A DNA stretch of 64,000 nucleotides from Rhodocyclaceae bacterium (lineage in GTDB: Bacteria > Pseudomonadota > Gammaproteobacteria > Burkholderiales > Rhodocyclaceae), in NCBI GenBank assembly GCA_020445745.1, contig JAGRGB010000051.1, positions 7,833-71,832 of the forward strand. The letters are read 5' to 3'. Of the stretch, positions 1 to 11,900 are shown in pieces (within the stretch, counting starts at the first letter, position 1; each line of letters begins with the position of its first letter). The notes beneath the pieces are model-generated. The model had not been told where the DNA came from and did not search any database. It saw nothing but the letters and a program-made list of their open reading frames with translations. The translations under genes were made by a program, and so were the position numbers.

Positions 1-1
1 G

Positions 2-112
2 CTCGAATCGGTCGGTCGCGGCGAGCATGCGCCGATCGCCGACAACGCCACCGCGAAGGGACGGGCGGCCAATCGTCGCATCGAGATCATCGTCACGCCA
101 GCCGCGGACTGA
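2..112 (+). CDS. OmpA/MotB-family peptidoglycan-binding protein, C-terminal fragment (5' end outside window)
   Basis: Frame +2 reads ...GRGEHAPIADNATAKGRAANRRIEIIVTPAAD*, the canonical OmpA_C-like ending (G-R-x2-NRR-[IV]-EI). The TGA stop is at 110-112. It is absent from the ORF track because no start lies in the window. Confidence 0.6.
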   Translation, partial: LESVGRGEHAPIADNATAKGRAANRRIEIIVTPAAD

Positions 113-175
113 GCGCCGACGCGGTCCGGCGAGACCACGGTTTGATAGACTGACGGTTTTCTCGCCGGGCCCTCC

Positions 176-2278
176 ATGTCGCGCCAGATCCTCGTCACCA
201 ACGCCCTTCCGTACGCCAACGGGGACATTCACCTGGGCCATCTGGTCGGCTACATCCAGGCCGACATCTGGGTCCGCTTCCAGCGCATGCGCGGCCACAG
301 TGTCCATTATGTGTGCGCCGACGATACCCACGGCACGCCGGTCATGCTGCGGGCCGAGAAGGAAGGGATCACGCCCGAGGCACTGATCGCTCGGGTGCAC
401 GGCGAGCACCTGCGCGACTTCACCGACTTCGGTGTCGCCTTCGACAATTATCACTCGACCCATAGCGAAGAAAACCGCTACTTCGCCGAGGACATCTACG
501 GCAAGCTCGCGGCGGCCGGCCTGATCGAGTCCCGGTCGATCGAGCAGTTCTACGACCCGGTCAAGAACATGTTCCTGCCGGACCGCTTCATCAAGGGGGA
601 ATGCCCCAAGTGCGGGGCGGCCGACCAGTACGGCGACAACTGCGAAGTGTGCGGCGCTGCCTACGCCCCCACCGACCTGAAGAATCCGTTCTCCGCAGTG
701 TCCGGCGCCAAGCCCGAGATGCGCCAATCCGAACACTTCTTCTTCAAGCTGTCGGATCAACGTGCCGTCGCGTTCCTGCGCGAATGGACCCAGGGCCGCA
801 GCGCGAGCGGGGAACGTCGCCTGCAGCCCGAGGCCGCCAACAAGATGAAGGAGTGGCTCGGCACCGCCGGCGAGAACAAACTTTCCGACTGGGACATCTC
901 GCGCGACGCACCGTATTTCGGCTTCGAGATCCCGGGAGCGCCGGGCAAGTACTTTTACGTCTGGCTGGACGCGCCGATCGGCTACTTCGCCAGCTTCAAG
1001 AACCTCGCCGACAAGGCCGGCATGATCGACGTCGCACGCTTCATCGAGGGGGACCGTGCCGGCGACACCGAACTGGTCCATTTCATCGGCAAGGACATCC
1101 TCTACTTCCACGCCCTGTTCTGGCCGGCGATGCTGCACTTCGCCGCATACCGCACACCGACGCAGCTGGCCGTCAACGGTTTCCTGACCGTCGATGGCGC
1201 CAAGATGAGCAAGAGCCGCGGCACCTTCATCACCGCGCGCTCGTACATCGACCGGAAGCTAGACCCGGAATGGCTGCGCTACTACTTCGCAGCCAAGTCC
1301 AACGGCAGCATGGAAGACGTGGACCTGTCCCTCGACGACATGATCGCCAAGGTCAACTCCGACCTGGTCGGCAAGTTCGTCAACATCGCCAGCCGTTGCG
1401 CCGGCTTCATCGGCAAGCGCTTCGACGGCCGACTCGGCGACTCCGACGAGGAGGCGCTGGCACCCTACCGTACCAGCCTCGCCTCGGGCGAGGTCGCGAA
1501 ATCCTTCGAGAGCCGCGACTACAGCCGCGCGCTGCGCGAAGTCATGAGTCTGGCCGATGTCGCGAATCAGTACGTGAACGACAACAAGCCCTGGGAGCTG
1601 GCCAAGCAGGAAGGTCAGGAGGCGCGCCTGCACACCGTATGCTCGACCGCGCTGAATCAGTTCCGGATCCTTGCCGGCCTGCTCAAGCCGATCCTGCCGG
1701 GTGTCGCCGGCCAGGTCGAAGGCTTTCTCAACATCGCACCGCTGCAGTGGGGCCAACTGGGCGAGGCGCTGCCGGCCGGCCATGCGATCAACAAGTACAG
1801 GCACATGCTGACCCGCATCGAGCGGGCGCAGATCGACGGGCTGATCGAAGCCAACAAGGCGACGCTGGCGCCGGCGGCCGGGAACGCCAGCCCGCAGCGC
1901 CACGCCGAGAGCCAGCAGAAGGAGGCCGAGGCCCAGACCACCGCCAGCGACACCATCGGCATCGCCGATTTCTCGCGGGTCGACCTGCGCATCGCGCGCA
2001 TCGTCGCCGCCGAGCACATCGAGGGCGCCGACAAGTTGCTGCGCCTGCAGCTGGACATCGGCGAAGACCGGCCACGGCAGGTCTTCGCCGGCATCAAGTC
2101 GGCCTACGACCCGGCCTCGCTCACCGGCCGGCTGACCGTGATGGTGGCCAACCTGGCGCCTCGCAAGATGAAGTTCGGCCTCTCCGAAGGCATGGTGCTG
2201 GCGGCCTCGGGCGACGGCCCTGGCCTCTACATCCTGTCGCCGGACACCGGCGCCGAGCCCGGCATGCGTGTGCGCTGA
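176..2278 (+). CDS. metG: methionine--tRNA ligase
   Basis: 700 aa. N-terminus [16 protein letters not shown] carries the class I HIGH motif, and a KMSKS motif (GAKMSKSRG) is present. Zinc knuckle CPKCG...CEVCG. The C-terminal tRNA-binding domain ([14 protein letters not shown]...[14 protein letters not shown]) is also present. Confidence 0.97.
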   Translation: MSRQILVTNALPYANGDIHLGHLVGYIQADIWVRFQRMRGHSVHYVCADDTHGTPVMLRAEKEGITPEALIARVHGEHLRDFTDFGVAFDNYHSTHSEENRYFAEDIYGKLAAAGLIESRSIEQFYDPVKNMFLPDRFIKGECPKCGAADQYGDNCEVCGAAYAPTDLKNPFSAVSGAKPEMRQSEHFFFKLSDQRAVAFLREWTQGRSASGERRLQPEAANKMKEWLGTAGENKLSDWDISRDAPYFGFEIPGAPGKYFYVWLDAPIGYFASFKNLADKAGMIDVARFIEGDRAGDTELVHFIGKDILYFHALFWPAMLHFAAYRTPTQLAVNGFLTVDGAKMSKSRGTFITARSYIDRKLDPEWLRYYFAAKSNGSMEDVDLSLDDMIAKVNSDLVGKFVNIASRCAGFIGKRFDGRLGDSDEEALAPYRTSLASGEVAKSFESRDYSRALREVMSLADVANQYVNDNKPWELAKQEGQEARLHTVCSTALNQFRILAGLLKPILPGVAGQVEGFLNIAPLQWGQLGEALPAGHAINKYRHMLTRIERAQIDGLIEANKATLAPAAGNASPQRHAESQQKEAEAQTTASDTIGIADFSRVDLRIARIVAAEHIEGADKLLRLQLDIGEDRPRQVFAGIKSAYDPASLTGRLTVMVANLAPRKMKFGLSEGMVLAASGDGPGLYILSPDTGAEPGMRVR

Positions 2279-2437
2279 GCACGCCCCGCGCCGTTGGCCG
2301 GACAGCCGCTGACGACCATGCCCCTGACCGCCTCCAAACGCTGGTTCGTGCAGCACCGCACGGGCCCCGGGGAGTCTCCGGAACACCGCTGAGCGCGGCG
2401 GCCGACGCCGCGCGGACCTCGATTCCGGAGACGCCCG

Positions 2438-4120
2438 ATGAAGATTCGCTTCCACCCCAAGATTCTCGACACCTTGCCCGGCTACGGCCATCACCAGCTG
2501 TTGCACGACGCCTCGGCTGGTCTGATCGTGGGCGTGCTGGCGCTGCCGCTGGCGATGGCCTTCGCGATCGCCAGCGGCATGAGCCCGACCGCCGGGATCT
2601 GGACGGCCATCGTCGCCGGCTTCCTGATCTCGCTGCTCGGCGGCTCGCGGGTGCAGATCGGCGGCCCGACCGGCGCCTTCATCCCGATCATCTACGGCAT
2701 CGTCGTCGAGCACGGCGTGCAGGACCTGCTGGTGGCGACCATGCTCGCCGGCGCGATGCTGGTGGCGATGGGTGCATTCCGCCTCGGCAACATGATCCGC
2801 TTCATCCCGGTATCGGTCGTCACCGGCTTCACCAACGGCATCGCCGTGGTGATCTTCCTGTCCCAGATCAAGGATTTCCTGGGGCTGTCGATCGACTCCC
2901 TGCCCGGCGACTTCTTCGGCCGCCTGACGACCCTGCTGCGGCACCTGGATAGCGTGCATTGGCCGACCGTGACCCTGGCGCTGGCGTCGCTGGCCGCGTT
3001 GCTGACCTGGAACCGGCTCGGACGGCGCGCCAGAATCCTGCAGCTCGTGCCCGCCCCACTGGCCGTGCTGCTCGTCGCCACGGTGCTGAGCGTGACGCTG
3101 TCGCTGCCGGTGGAAACCATCGGCTCGCGATTCGGCGGCATTCCCCAGGGCCTGCCGACGATCGGCCTACCAGAGCTGGTGCTGTCCGATCTCGGCAAGC
3201 TGATCCCGCCGGCCCTGACGATAGCGATGCTCGGCGCCATCGAGTCGCTGCTGTCGGCGCGCGTTGCCGACAACCGCATCGACGACCGCCACGACCCGAA
3301 CCAGGAATTGCTGGCCCAGGGTGCCGCCAACCTGCTGGCGCCGTTGTTCGGGGGCTTTGCCGCCACCGGCGCGATCGCCCGCACCGCCACCAACATCCGC
3401 GCCGGCGGGCGTACGCCGCTGGCCGGCATCATGCACGCCCTGGTGTTGTTGGCGATCGTGCTGCTGTTCGCTCCCCTGGCCCGCCACATTCCGCTGGCCA
3501 CGCTGTCGGCGATCGTCGTCCTGGTATCGATCAACATGGGCGAGTGGCATGCCTTCGCCCCCAGCGATCTGCGCCGCTACTCGACAGCCTACCGAACCAT
3601 CCTGCTCGGCGTGTTCCTGATCACCGTGGTGTTCGACCTGACCCTGGCGGTCGAGATCGGCATGGTGCTCGCGAGCCTGTTCTTCATCTACCGGATTTCG
3701 GATCTGACGCGGATCGAGCGGATCCCGCTCGAAGACCACTATGGCGTCGAAGCGCTCAGCCGGCAGGACGGATCCCATCGCATACAGGCTTTCCGGCTCT
3801 ACGGCAGCCTGTTCTTCGGCGCAGCGAACAAGCTCGAGACACTGCTGCTGCAACAGCCGGGCCACGCCGACGTGGTGATTCTCGACATGGACAAGCTGAT
3901 CAACATCGACACCACCGGCCTCGACATACTTCAAACAGCGCACCGAAATCTGCTAAAAAGAGGTGCGGCGCTGATTCTATGCGATCTCAATGCCCAGCCC
4001 GGGTCCCTGCTCCGGCGCTCCGGCTTCATCGACCGTCTCGGCGCCGACAACATCGCGGGCAACCTGACCGACGCGCTGATCCGCGCCCAGGCGATGAGGC
4101 CCGCCACAAGCGCTCCCTGA
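2438..4120 (+). CDS. SulP-family inorganic anion transporter with C-terminal STAS domain
   Basis: 560 aa starting at an ATG. The polytopic N-terminus (GLIVGVLALPLAMAFAIASG...GGPTGAF) is typical of SulP. The C-terminal STAS-like segment reads LYGSLFFGAANKLE...DMDKLINIDTTGLDIL. Confidence 0.92.
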   Translation: MKIRFHPKILDTLPGYGHHQLLHDASAGLIVGVLALPLAMAFAIASGMSPTAGIWTAIVAGFLISLLGGSRVQIGGPTGAFIPIIYGIVVEHGVQDLLVATMLAGAMLVAMGAFRLGNMIRFIPVSVVTGFTNGIAVVIFLSQIKDFLGLSIDSLPGDFFGRLTTLLRHLDSVHWPTVTLALASLAALLTWNRLGRRARILQLVPAPLAVLLVATVLSVTLSLPVETIGSRFGGIPQGLPTIGLPELVLSDLGKLIPPALTIAMLGAIESLLSARVADNRIDDRHDPNQELLAQGAANLLAPLFGGFAATGAIARTATNIRAGGRTPLAGIMHALVLLAIVLLFAPLARHIPLATLSAIVVLVSINMGEWHAFAPSDLRRYSTAYRTILLGVFLITVVFDLTLAVEIGMVLASLFFIYRISDLTRIERIPLEDHYGVEALSRQDGSHRIQAFRLYGSLFFGAANKLETLLLQQPGHADVVILDMDKLINIDTTGLDILQTAHRNLLKRGAALILCDLNAQPGSLLRRSGFIDRLGADNIAGNLTDALIRAQAMRPATSAP

Positions 4121-4155
4121 GCCCCCTGGCGCAGCGGAGTTCGGAGGGGAAGACG

Positions 4156-4437
4156 ATGCAAATGATCTGTCGGCACCTGCTGATCCGGGGCAAGGTCCAG
4201 GGTGTCTATTACCGCGTCACGGCCCAGACCGAGGCCGTCGCCCAGGGTCTGACCGGCTGGGTCCGGAACCGCTCGGACGGGCGCGTCGAAGCCGTCGTGA
4301 ACGGGCCCGAGCTGGCAGTCCGAGCGTTCATCGACTGGGCCTACCACGGCCCTCCCGCCGCCCGGGTCGAAGACATCGAGGTCGCCGAGTCGGACGACAG
4401 CGGCCACAGCGAGTTCTCGCTGCGGGCGACCCTCTGA
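4156..4437 (+). CDS. acyP: acylphosphatase
   Basis: 93 aa, taken from the in-frame tail of ORF 2959..4437 starting at ATG 4156. The sequence LIRGKVQGVYYRVTAQTEAVAQGLTGWVRNRSDGRVEAVV matches the acylphosphatase signature (V-x-G-x-VQGV-x-[FY]R ... G-[WY]-V-x-N). Confidence 0.85.
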   Translation: MQMICRHLLIRGKVQGVYYRVTAQTEAVAQGLTGWVRNRSDGRVEAVVNGPELAVRAFIDWAYHGPPAARVEDIEVAESDDSGHSEFSLRATL

Positions 4438-4479
4438 GCGTTCCGCCGGAGGCCGCCGCGCCGTTCCGCGGCGCCCCGC

Positions 4480-7400
4480 TCAAGCCCCGTAGACCAGCTC
4501 GACGGCGGCCGGCTCGAGCCAGTCGCGCAGGCCCTCGATCAGCGCCTCCTCGGGGCGCACCTTCCAATCGCCGCCGAGCGGCAGTTCGGCCTCGGCGTCC
4601 GAATTGCGGTAGCACACGCTGACCGGACACTCGCCGTCGCGAAACGGCGCCAGCAGCCCCTGCAGGCGCTCGACGTCGGCGGCTGCTCCGGCGTCACCGG
4701 CGGTCTCGCCGTTGAGCCTTATCTGCAGACCACAGGCGAAGCGCGCCCGCGCCTCGCCCAGGCTCATCAGGCGCTCGGCGACGATCCTCAGCCCACCGGA
4801 AAAGTCGTCGTTGCCGACCTTGACGTCGGCCACCAGCAACTCGTCGACGACGATCCGGTCGCGCTCCCGATCGAACAATTCGGAGAACACCGACACCTCC
4901 CGCGGCTGGCTGCCATCGTCGATCAGGACGAAGGCGATCTTGCCGCGGGCGGTCATCTTGGTACGCACCTCCATCACCACGCCGGCCACCGTCACCGGCT
5001 CCTTCGATGGTTCGAGTCGCGCCAGCGGCCGGCGCACGAAACGGCGAACCTCCTTTTCATAGGCGTGGAAGGGATGGCCGGAAAGGAAGAACCCGATCGC
5101 CGTCTTCTCCTCCTTCAGCCGTTCCTTCTCGGTCCACGGGCGCACCTGCGCGTAGTCGGCGGGCGGCCCCGCCGCCTCCGGCAGCATGTCGAACAGCCCG
5201 CCCTGCAGCGCGTTGGCGGCAGCCTGTTCGGCCGCCTCCATCGCCACCGGCACGGTGCCCAGCAGTTGCGCACGGTCGTGGCCCCGCGCCCCCTCGAGCG
5301 CATCGAATGCGCCGGCACGGATCAACGCTTCGACGACCCGGCGATTGACCGCCCGGCGGTCTACGCGGCCGCAGAAGTCGAACAGATCGGCGAACGGACC
5401 ATCGGCATCGCGCGCTGCGATGATCGCCTGCACGGCCGGCTCGCCGACACCCTTGACCGCACCGAGGCCATAGCGGATGGTCTTCGCATCGGTCGGCACG
5501 AACCGGTACCAGGACGCGTTCACATCCGGCGGCAGCACCGCGATGCCATTGGCCAGCGTGTCCTCGAAGAAGATCTTGACGGTGTCGGTGTTGTCCAGGT
5601 CCGACGACATCGTCGCTGCCATGAAGGCCGCGCAGTGGTAGGCCTTGAGCCAGGCGGTATGGTAGGTCACGACCGCGTAGGCGGCGGTGTGCGACTTGTT
5701 GAAGCCGTACTCGGCGAACTTGGTCATCAGCTCGAACAGGTGTTCGGCCAGCGCCGGATCGTAGCCCTGCCCGACGGCGCCCTCGCGAATGATCTCGCGG
5801 TGCTTGGCCATCTCGGCAGGCTTCTTCTTGCCCATCGCCCGGCGCAGCATGTCGGCGCCACCGAGCGTGTATCCCCCGATGATCTGGGAGATCTGCATGA
5901 CCTGTTCCTGGTACACGATGACGCCGTAGGTCGGCTCCAGGCAGGCCTTCAGGTCGGGATGGAAGTAATCGATCTCCTGCTGTCCCTTCTTGCGCAGGAT
6001 GAAGTCGTCCACCATGCCCGAACCCAGCGGCCCCGGCCGGTACAGCGCCAGCACCGCGATGATGTCCTCGAAGCGGTCCGGCTGAAGCTTCTTGAGAAGC
6101 TTCTTCATGCCGTCCGATTCGACCTGGAAGATCGCCGTGGTGTTGGCATCCTTGAGAATCTGGTAGGCCGCGGAATCCTCGAAGCCCAGGCTCATCAGGT
6201 CCGGCCGCTCGCCGGTGAGCTGCTCGACGTAGGTCAGCGCCAGCTCGATGATCGTCAGGTTCCTGAGGCCGAGAAAGTCGAACTTGACCAGGCCGACCGC
6301 CTCGACGTCGTCCTTGTCGTACTGGGACACCGGCGTCGCGTCGTCGCCGTCGGCGATGTAGAGCGGACAGAAGTCGGTGAGCCTGCCCGGCGCGATCAGC
6401 ACGCCGCCGGCGTGCATGCCGACGCCGCGGGTCAGGCCCTCGAGCGGCTGCGCCAGTTCCCACAGTTCGGTGACCGATTCGCCGTCGCCCGGGTCGTTCA
6501 TCATCTCCGAGATCTGCGATTCCTGCTGGCGTGCCTCGGCCAGCGAGAGGGGCTTGTTCTGGACCACCGGGATCAGCTTCGACAGCCGATCGCACAGGCC
6601 ATAGGGCAGATCCAGCACGCGCCCGACGTCGCGCACCACGGCCTTCGACGCCATCGTGCCGAAGGTGGCGATCTGCGACACCGCATCGGCGCCGTAGCGG
6701 CTGCGCACGTATTCGATGACCTTGTAGCGGTTGTCCTGGCAGAAATCGATGTCGAAGTCGGGCATCGACACCCGCTCCGGATTGAGGAAGCGCTCGAACA
6801 GCAGCGCATACTCGAGCGGATCGAGGTCGGTGATGCGCAGGCTGTAGGCCACCAGGGAACCGGCACCCGAGCCCCGGCCCGGTCCCACCGGCACGCCGTT
6901 TTCCTTGGCCCAGTTGATGAAGTCCGCGACGATCAGGAAATAGCCGGGAAAGCCCATCTGCACGATGGTGTCGGTCTCGACCTTCAGGCGCGCGTCGTAG
7001 CGCGGCCGCTGGCGCTCCCGCTCGACCTCGTTGGGGTAGAGCTCCTTCAGCCGCAACTCGAGGCCGGCGCTGGCCTCGGCCACCAGGAAATCATCGAGAC
7101 TCATGCCCTCCGGCGTCGGGAACTGGGGCAGGAAGTTCTTGCCGAGTTCGACCTCGAGCGAGCAGCGGCGAGCGATCTCGACGGCATTCCCGAGGGCCTC
7201 CGGCAGATCGGCGAACAGCTCGCACATCTCGTCCTGGGTCTTGAAGTACTGCTCCTCGGTAAACAGCCGGGGACGGCGCCGGTCGGCGAGGACATAGCCC
7301 TGGGCGATGCATACGCGCGCCTCGTGGGCCTTGAAATCCTCCCGCCGCGCGAACTGGACCGGATGGGTGGCGACCACCGGCAGATCGAGTTCGGCCGCCA

Positions 7401-7974
7401 GCACCACCGCATCATGCACGTAGGCCTCGCTGCCGGCATGGCCCGCCCGCTGCAACTCGATGTAGTAGGCGTCCGGAAAGTCCCGCGCCCACGCGGCCGC
7501 CAGTCGCCGGGCGAGTTCGCCGTTGCCACGCACCAGGGCCTCGCCGACGTCGCCGCCGACCGCGCCGGACAGGCAGATCAGGCCGCTGACGCTGTCCCGG
7601 TCGAGCCATTCCCGGCGGATCTCCGCGCGGCCCCGGCACTTGTTCTCCCGATAGGCGCGGGTAAGCAGCTCGCACAACTGGCCGTAGCCGCTGCGGTCGC
7701 GGCAGATCAGCAACACCCGCCACGGCTTGTCGCGGTCGCCGTCATTGCATAACCAGACGTCACAGCCGACGATCGGCTTGACGCCCTTGCCGCGCGCCCC
7801 CTTGTAGAACTTGACCATGCCGAACAGGTTGCCGAGATCGGCGATGCCGAGGGCCGGCATGCGGTCGGCGACAGCCGCTGCCAGGGCCTGGCCGATCGTT
7901 GCGATGCCGTCGCTCACCGAGTATTCGGTATGCAGGCGCAGATGGACGAAGCGGGGATCGGGGGTCGCACTCAT
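4480..7974 (-). CDS. dnaE: DNA polymerase III subunit alpha
   Basis: 1164 aa starting at an ATG. The N-terminal PHP domain reads FVHLRLHTEYSVSDGI. The polymerase core (GPGRGSGAGSLVAYSLRITDLDP...PDFDIDF) and the OB-fold C-terminus are colinear. The length is canonical. Confidence 0.98.
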   Translation of the reverse strand: MSATPDPRFVHLRLHTEYSVSDGIATIGQALAAAVADRMPALGIADLGNLFGMVKFYKGARGKGVKPIVGCDVWLCNDGDRDKPWRVLLICRDRSGYGQLCELLTRAYRENKCRGRAEIRREWLDRDSVSGLICLSGAVGGDVGEALVRGNGELARRLAAAWARDFPDAYYIELQRAGHAGSEAYVHDAVVLAAELDLPVVATHPVQFARREDFKAHEARVCIAQGYVLADRRRPRLFTEEQYFKTQDEMCELFADLPEALGNAVEIARRCSLEVELGKNFLPQFPTPEGMSLDDFLVAEASAGLELRLKELYPNEVERERQRPRYDARLKVETDTIVQMGFPGYFLIVADFINWAKENGVPVGPGRGSGAGSLVAYSLRITDLDPLEYALLFERFLNPERVSMPDFDIDFCQDNRYKVIEYVRSRYGADAVSQIATFGTMASKAVVRDVGRVLDLPYGLCDRLSKLIPVVQNKPLSLAEARQQESQISEMMNDPGDGESVTELWELAQPLEGLTRGVGMHAGGVLIAPGRLTDFCPLYIADGDDATPVSQYDKDDVEAVGLVKFDFLGLRNLTIIELALTYVEQLTGERPDLMSLGFEDSAAYQILKDANTTAIFQVESDGMKKLLKKLQPDRFEDIIAVLALYRPGPLGSGMVDDFILRKKGQQEIDYFHPDLKACLEPTYGVIVYQEQVMQISQIIGGYTLGGADMLRRAMGKKKPAEMAKHREIIREGAVGQGYDPALAEHLFELMTKFAEYGFNKSHTAAYAVVTYHTAWLKAYHCAAFMAATMSSDLDNTDTVKIFFEDTLANGIAVLPPDVNASWYRFVPTDAKTIRYGLGAVKGVGEPAVQAIIAARDADGPFADLFDFCGRVDRRAVNRRVVEALIRAGAFDALEGARGHDRAQLLGTVPVAMEAAEQAAANALQGGLFDMLPEAAGPPADYAQVRPWTEKERLKEEKTAIGFFLSGHPFHAYEKEVRRFVRRPLARLEPSKEPVTVAGVVMEVRTKMTARGKIAFVLIDDGSQPREVSVFSELFDRERDRIVVDELLVADVKVGNDDFSGGLRIVAERLMSLGEARARFACGLQIRLNGETAGDAGAAADVERLQGLLAPFRDGECPVSVCYRNSDAEAELPLGGDWKVRPEEALIEGLRDWLEPAAVELVYGA

Positions 7975-8031
7975 GGGGCCGGATTCTACCCTCGCCGCCG
8001 CAGACGACGCCGGCGCTGCGACGAATGTCGA

Positions 8032-8982
8032 CTACATCAACGCCAGCCCGCGCAGCATCATCACGCCGATGCTGGTGGTCAGGATCGAACCGACCGTGGT
8101 CAGCGCGACGATGTTGGCCGCCAGCGTCGCGTTGCCCCCCATCGCCCGGACCATCACGTAGCTGGCCGCGGCGGTCGGCGCCGAGGACATCAGCAGCAGC
8201 ACCCCGAGGTCGATGCCGCGAAAGCCCCAGGCGAGTCCGCCCAGCACGAACAGCAAGGGCAGCGCCACCAGCTTGGCCACGCTGGCCAGCACCGTGCTGC
8301 CGACCTCTCGCCGCAGTTGCCGGAAGTTCAGCGCCGCACCGGTGCACAGCAGGGCCAGCGGCAGCGTCAGATTGGCGAAGTACTGGCCGGACTGCAGCAC
8401 CCAGCCCGGCAGGTCGAGGGCGAGCCAGGAAACCGGCAGCGCCAGCACGATGGCGATGATCAGCGGATTGGTGACGATGCTGCGGAGCATCGGCCCGATG
8501 CCCTGGCTGCGGTCGAGCGAGCGGCCGAGGGTGACCACCGCGACCACGTTGAAGACGATGGTGACCGGCGCGAGGTACAGGGACGCGGCGACGAGGCCAG
8601 CGTCGCCGTAGGCATTCACGCAATACGCCAGGCCGACGATGCCCATGTTCGAGCGGAAACCGCCCTGCACGACGACGCCGCGGTCGCGTGGTTCCACCAC
8701 CAGCCGTGACGCGAGCACTTCGAGCACCGGCCAGGCGATCAGGGTGGCGACGACGGCGAAGGCGATCACGTCGAAATCGGCGGCGGCGTCGAAGCGGGTC
8801 TTGCCGATGCTGATGAACAACAGCGCCGGCAGCGCGACGTTGAACACCAGCCGCGAGCCGGTGTTCACGAAGGCATCGTCGATCAGTTGGCGGCGCATCA
8901 GCCAGTAACCGAGCGCCAGCACGACGAAGATCGGCCCGGTGACCGACAAGGAGAAATCGACGACGGCGAGAAAGTCGCTCAC
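8032..8982 (-). CDS. AEC (auxin efflux carrier) family transporter
   Basis: Polytopic protein (SDFLAVVDFSLSVTGPIFVVLALGYWLMRR...), about 316 aa. I place the start at GTG 8980-8982, 4 nt after the RND stop (TGA 8987-8989). The track ORF extends to 9042 but would overlap the RND gene. Confidence 0.8.
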   Translation of the reverse strand: MSDFLAVVDFSLSVTGPIFVVLALGYWLMRRQLIDDAFVNTGSRLVFNVALPALLFISIGKTRFDAAADFDVIAFAVVATLIAWPVLEVLASRLVVEPRDRGVVVQGGFRSNMGIVGLAYCVNAYGDAGLVAASLYLAPVTIVFNVVAVVTLGRSLDRSQGIGPMLRSIVTNPLIIAIVLALPVSWLALDLPGWVLQSGQYFANLTLPLALLCTGAALNFRQLRREVGSTVLASVAKLVALPLLFVLGGLAWGFRGIDLGVLLLMSSAPTAAASYVMVRAMGGNATLAANIVALTTVGSILTTSIGVMMLRGLALM

Positions 8983-8986
8983 GCGA

Positions 8987-11900
8987 TCAATCGGCACCGG
9001 CAGCGTCGCCGGGTGGGCGCCGCACCCTATACCACGCCGCATACAGCGACGGCAGGAAGATCAGCGTGAGCACCGTGGCGATCGCCAGCCCGCCCATGAT
9101 CGCCACCGCCATCGGACTGAAAAGGGCGCGGCGGGTCAGCGGGATCATCGCCAGGATCGCCGCCGCCGCGGTCAGCATGATCGGGCGGAAGCGGCGCACC
9201 GTGGCCTCGACGATGGCCTCCCAGCGAGAACGGCCGGCGTCGAGGTCCTGCTGGATCTGGTCCACCAGGATCACGCTGTTGCGCATGATCATCCCCGACA
9301 GCGCGATCGATCCGATCATCGCGACGAAGCCGAACGGCTTGCCGAACAGCAGCAGCGCAGCGGTGATGCCGATCAGGCCCAGCGGCGCGGTCAACAGCAC
9401 CATCGCCACCAGCGAGAAGCTCTGCAACTGCAGCATCAGCACGGTCAGCACGACGATCAACAGCAGCGGCACGCCGGCCGCCACCGAACCGCCGCCCTTG
9501 GCCGATTCCTCGACCGCGCCGCCGGTCTCGATGCGGTAGCCGAGGGGCAGTCCGGCGCGAATCCGGTCGATCAACGGCGACAGCTGGCCCACCACCGCCG
9601 CCGGCTGGAGATCGCCGTACAGGTTGGCCCTGACGGTGATCGTCGGAATCCGGTTGCGCCGCCACACCACCCCCTCCTCGAACCCGGGCTCGACACTCGC
9701 CACCTGGGCCAACGGCACGATGCGGCCGTCCGGCCCCGGAATCGTCAGGTCGGCCAGATTGGACGGCCGCCCGCGCTCGAACGCGGAGCCGCGCAGCACG
9801 ACGTCGATCGTTTCCGTGGCTTCGCGGAACTGGGTCACGGTGACGCCGTCGAGGGCTGCATCGAGAATGCGCGCGATGTCCTCGCTCGACAACCCCACCA
9901 GTCGCGCGCGGTCCTGGTCGATGCGCACCCGCAGGATCTTCGACGGCGTCGCCCAGTCGGTCTGGACGTTGGACAGCTGGGCATTGCCGCGCATCGCGTC
10001 GGCGACCCGGCCCGCGATCTCGCGCAGCGTGTCGAAGTCGGCGCCGCTGACCCGGTACTGCACCGGGAAACCCACCGGCGGTCCGTTCTCGAGCCGGTTG
10101 ATGGCGGCGGTGACGCCGCCCGCGTGGACCGCATAGAACTCGATCAGGCGACTGCGCAACGCCTCCCGCTGGGCGGAACCTTCGGTGAGGATCACGAACT
10201 GGGCGAAGCTGGTCTGCGCCAACTGCTGGTCGAGGGGAAGATAGAAGCGCGGGCTGCCGGCGGCGACATAGGCGACGAAGTTCTCGATGCCGGGGGCGTC
10301 GGCGAGAACCGCCTCGAGTTCCTCGACCGCGGCCAGGGTTGCCCGGCGCGAGGCATGTTCGGCAAGGCGCAGGTCCACCAGCAGTTCCGGACGGGTCGAA
10401 TCCGGAAAGAACTGCTGCGGCACGAAACGGAAGGCATACAGAGCGCCGAGGAACGCCAGCACGGTGGCGGCGATCACGGTCCAGCGGAAGCGCACGCAGG
10501 CGTGCACGAGCGCCCGAAAGCTGCGGTAGAAGCTTGAGCGGTATTGACCACCGTCGTCGTGCACCGACCGCGCCTGCGTGCTGCCGCCGAGTCCGAGACG
10601 GGCGAGCAGGCGTGCCCGCCAGTCATTGCCGGCATCGCGCCTGGTGAAATCCGGCAGCAGATGGAAGCCCAGGTAGGGCACGAACAGCACGGCGGCGATC
10701 CACGACACCAGCAGCGCGATCACCGTCACCTGGAACAGCGAGCGGGTGTATTCGCCGGTACTCGACGCCGCCGTTGCGATCGGCAGGAAGCCGGCCGCGG
10801 TGACCAGCGTGCCGGAGAGCATCGGCATCGCCGTGGACATGTACGCGAAGCCGGCGGCACTGGCCCGCTCCCAGCCCTGTTCCATCTTCGTCGCCATCAT
10901 CTCTACCGCGATGATCGCGTCGTCGACGAGCAGGCCGAGGGCGAGGATCAGCGCCCCCAGCGATATCTTGTGCAGCCCGATGCCGAACAGCTTCATGAAC
11001 AGGAAGGTGACCGCCAGCACCACCGGGATCGAGATTGCGACGACGACGCCGGTTCGCAACCCGAGCGACAGCAGGCTGACCGCGAGCACGATGACGACGG
11101 CTTCGGCGAGCGACTTGACGAATTCGTTGATCGACCGCTGCACCGCCCGCGGCTGGTCGGCAACCCGGACGAACTCGATGCCGGCCGGCAATTGCGCCTG
11201 GATCCGGACGACGGCTTCGTCGAGGTGACGGCCGAGTGCGATGATGTCCCCACCGTCGCGCATCGACACGCCGATGCCGAGCGCCTGCCGACCTTCGAAT
11301 CGCATGCTGTCGCGGGGCGGATCGGCGAAGCCACGAGCCACTTCGGCGATGTCACCGAGTCGCAGGCTGCGCTCGCCGACCCGCAATACGGTGTCGCGGA
11401 TCGCCTCCAGGTCGCGGTATTCGCCGTCCGGTCGGAGATAGATGCGCTCCGCCGAGGTCTCGAAGAAGCCAGCACCGGCCTTCGCGTTCTGTTCGTTGAT
11501 CGCGGCAATGATGTCGACCGCGCGAATGCCCAGGGTGGCCAGCCTGGCCGCGGACAGCTCGATGAACACCCGCTGGGGCTGTTCGCCGAAGAACGCGACC
11601 TTGGCGACGTCGGGAACCCGCAGCAGTTCATTGCGGATCGCTTCGGCAAACCGTTTCAGCTCTGCGTAGTCGAGGCCATCGCCGAGCAGTGCGAAGACGT
11701 TGCCGAAGGTATCACCGAACTCGTCGTTGAAGCTCGGCCCGACCACCCCCTGCGGCAGGGTGTGGCGGATGTCGCCGATCTTCTTGCGCACCTGGTACCA
11801 GATGCCCGGAATCTCGGACGGCGCCGTCGAATCCTTGACCGTGAAGAACACCATCGCCTCGCCCGGCCGCGAAAATGATCGGATGAAGGCGGTCTGGGCG

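Noticed and set aside
2438-4120. The STAS domain of the SulP transporter, considered as the missing antagonist for the RsbW-like kinase and PP2C phosphatase at 54-57 kb.
   Set aside because: It is an integral C-terminal domain of a transporter more than 50 kb away. Transporter STAS domains are not known substrates of partner-switching kinases, and nothing supports linkage.
4480-7974. A possible intein or split in dnaE.
   Set aside because: The protein is 1164 aa, which is the canonical length, and it is colinear through the PHP, polymerase and OB regions. No inserted block or Cys/Ser-...-HN splice motifs are visible.
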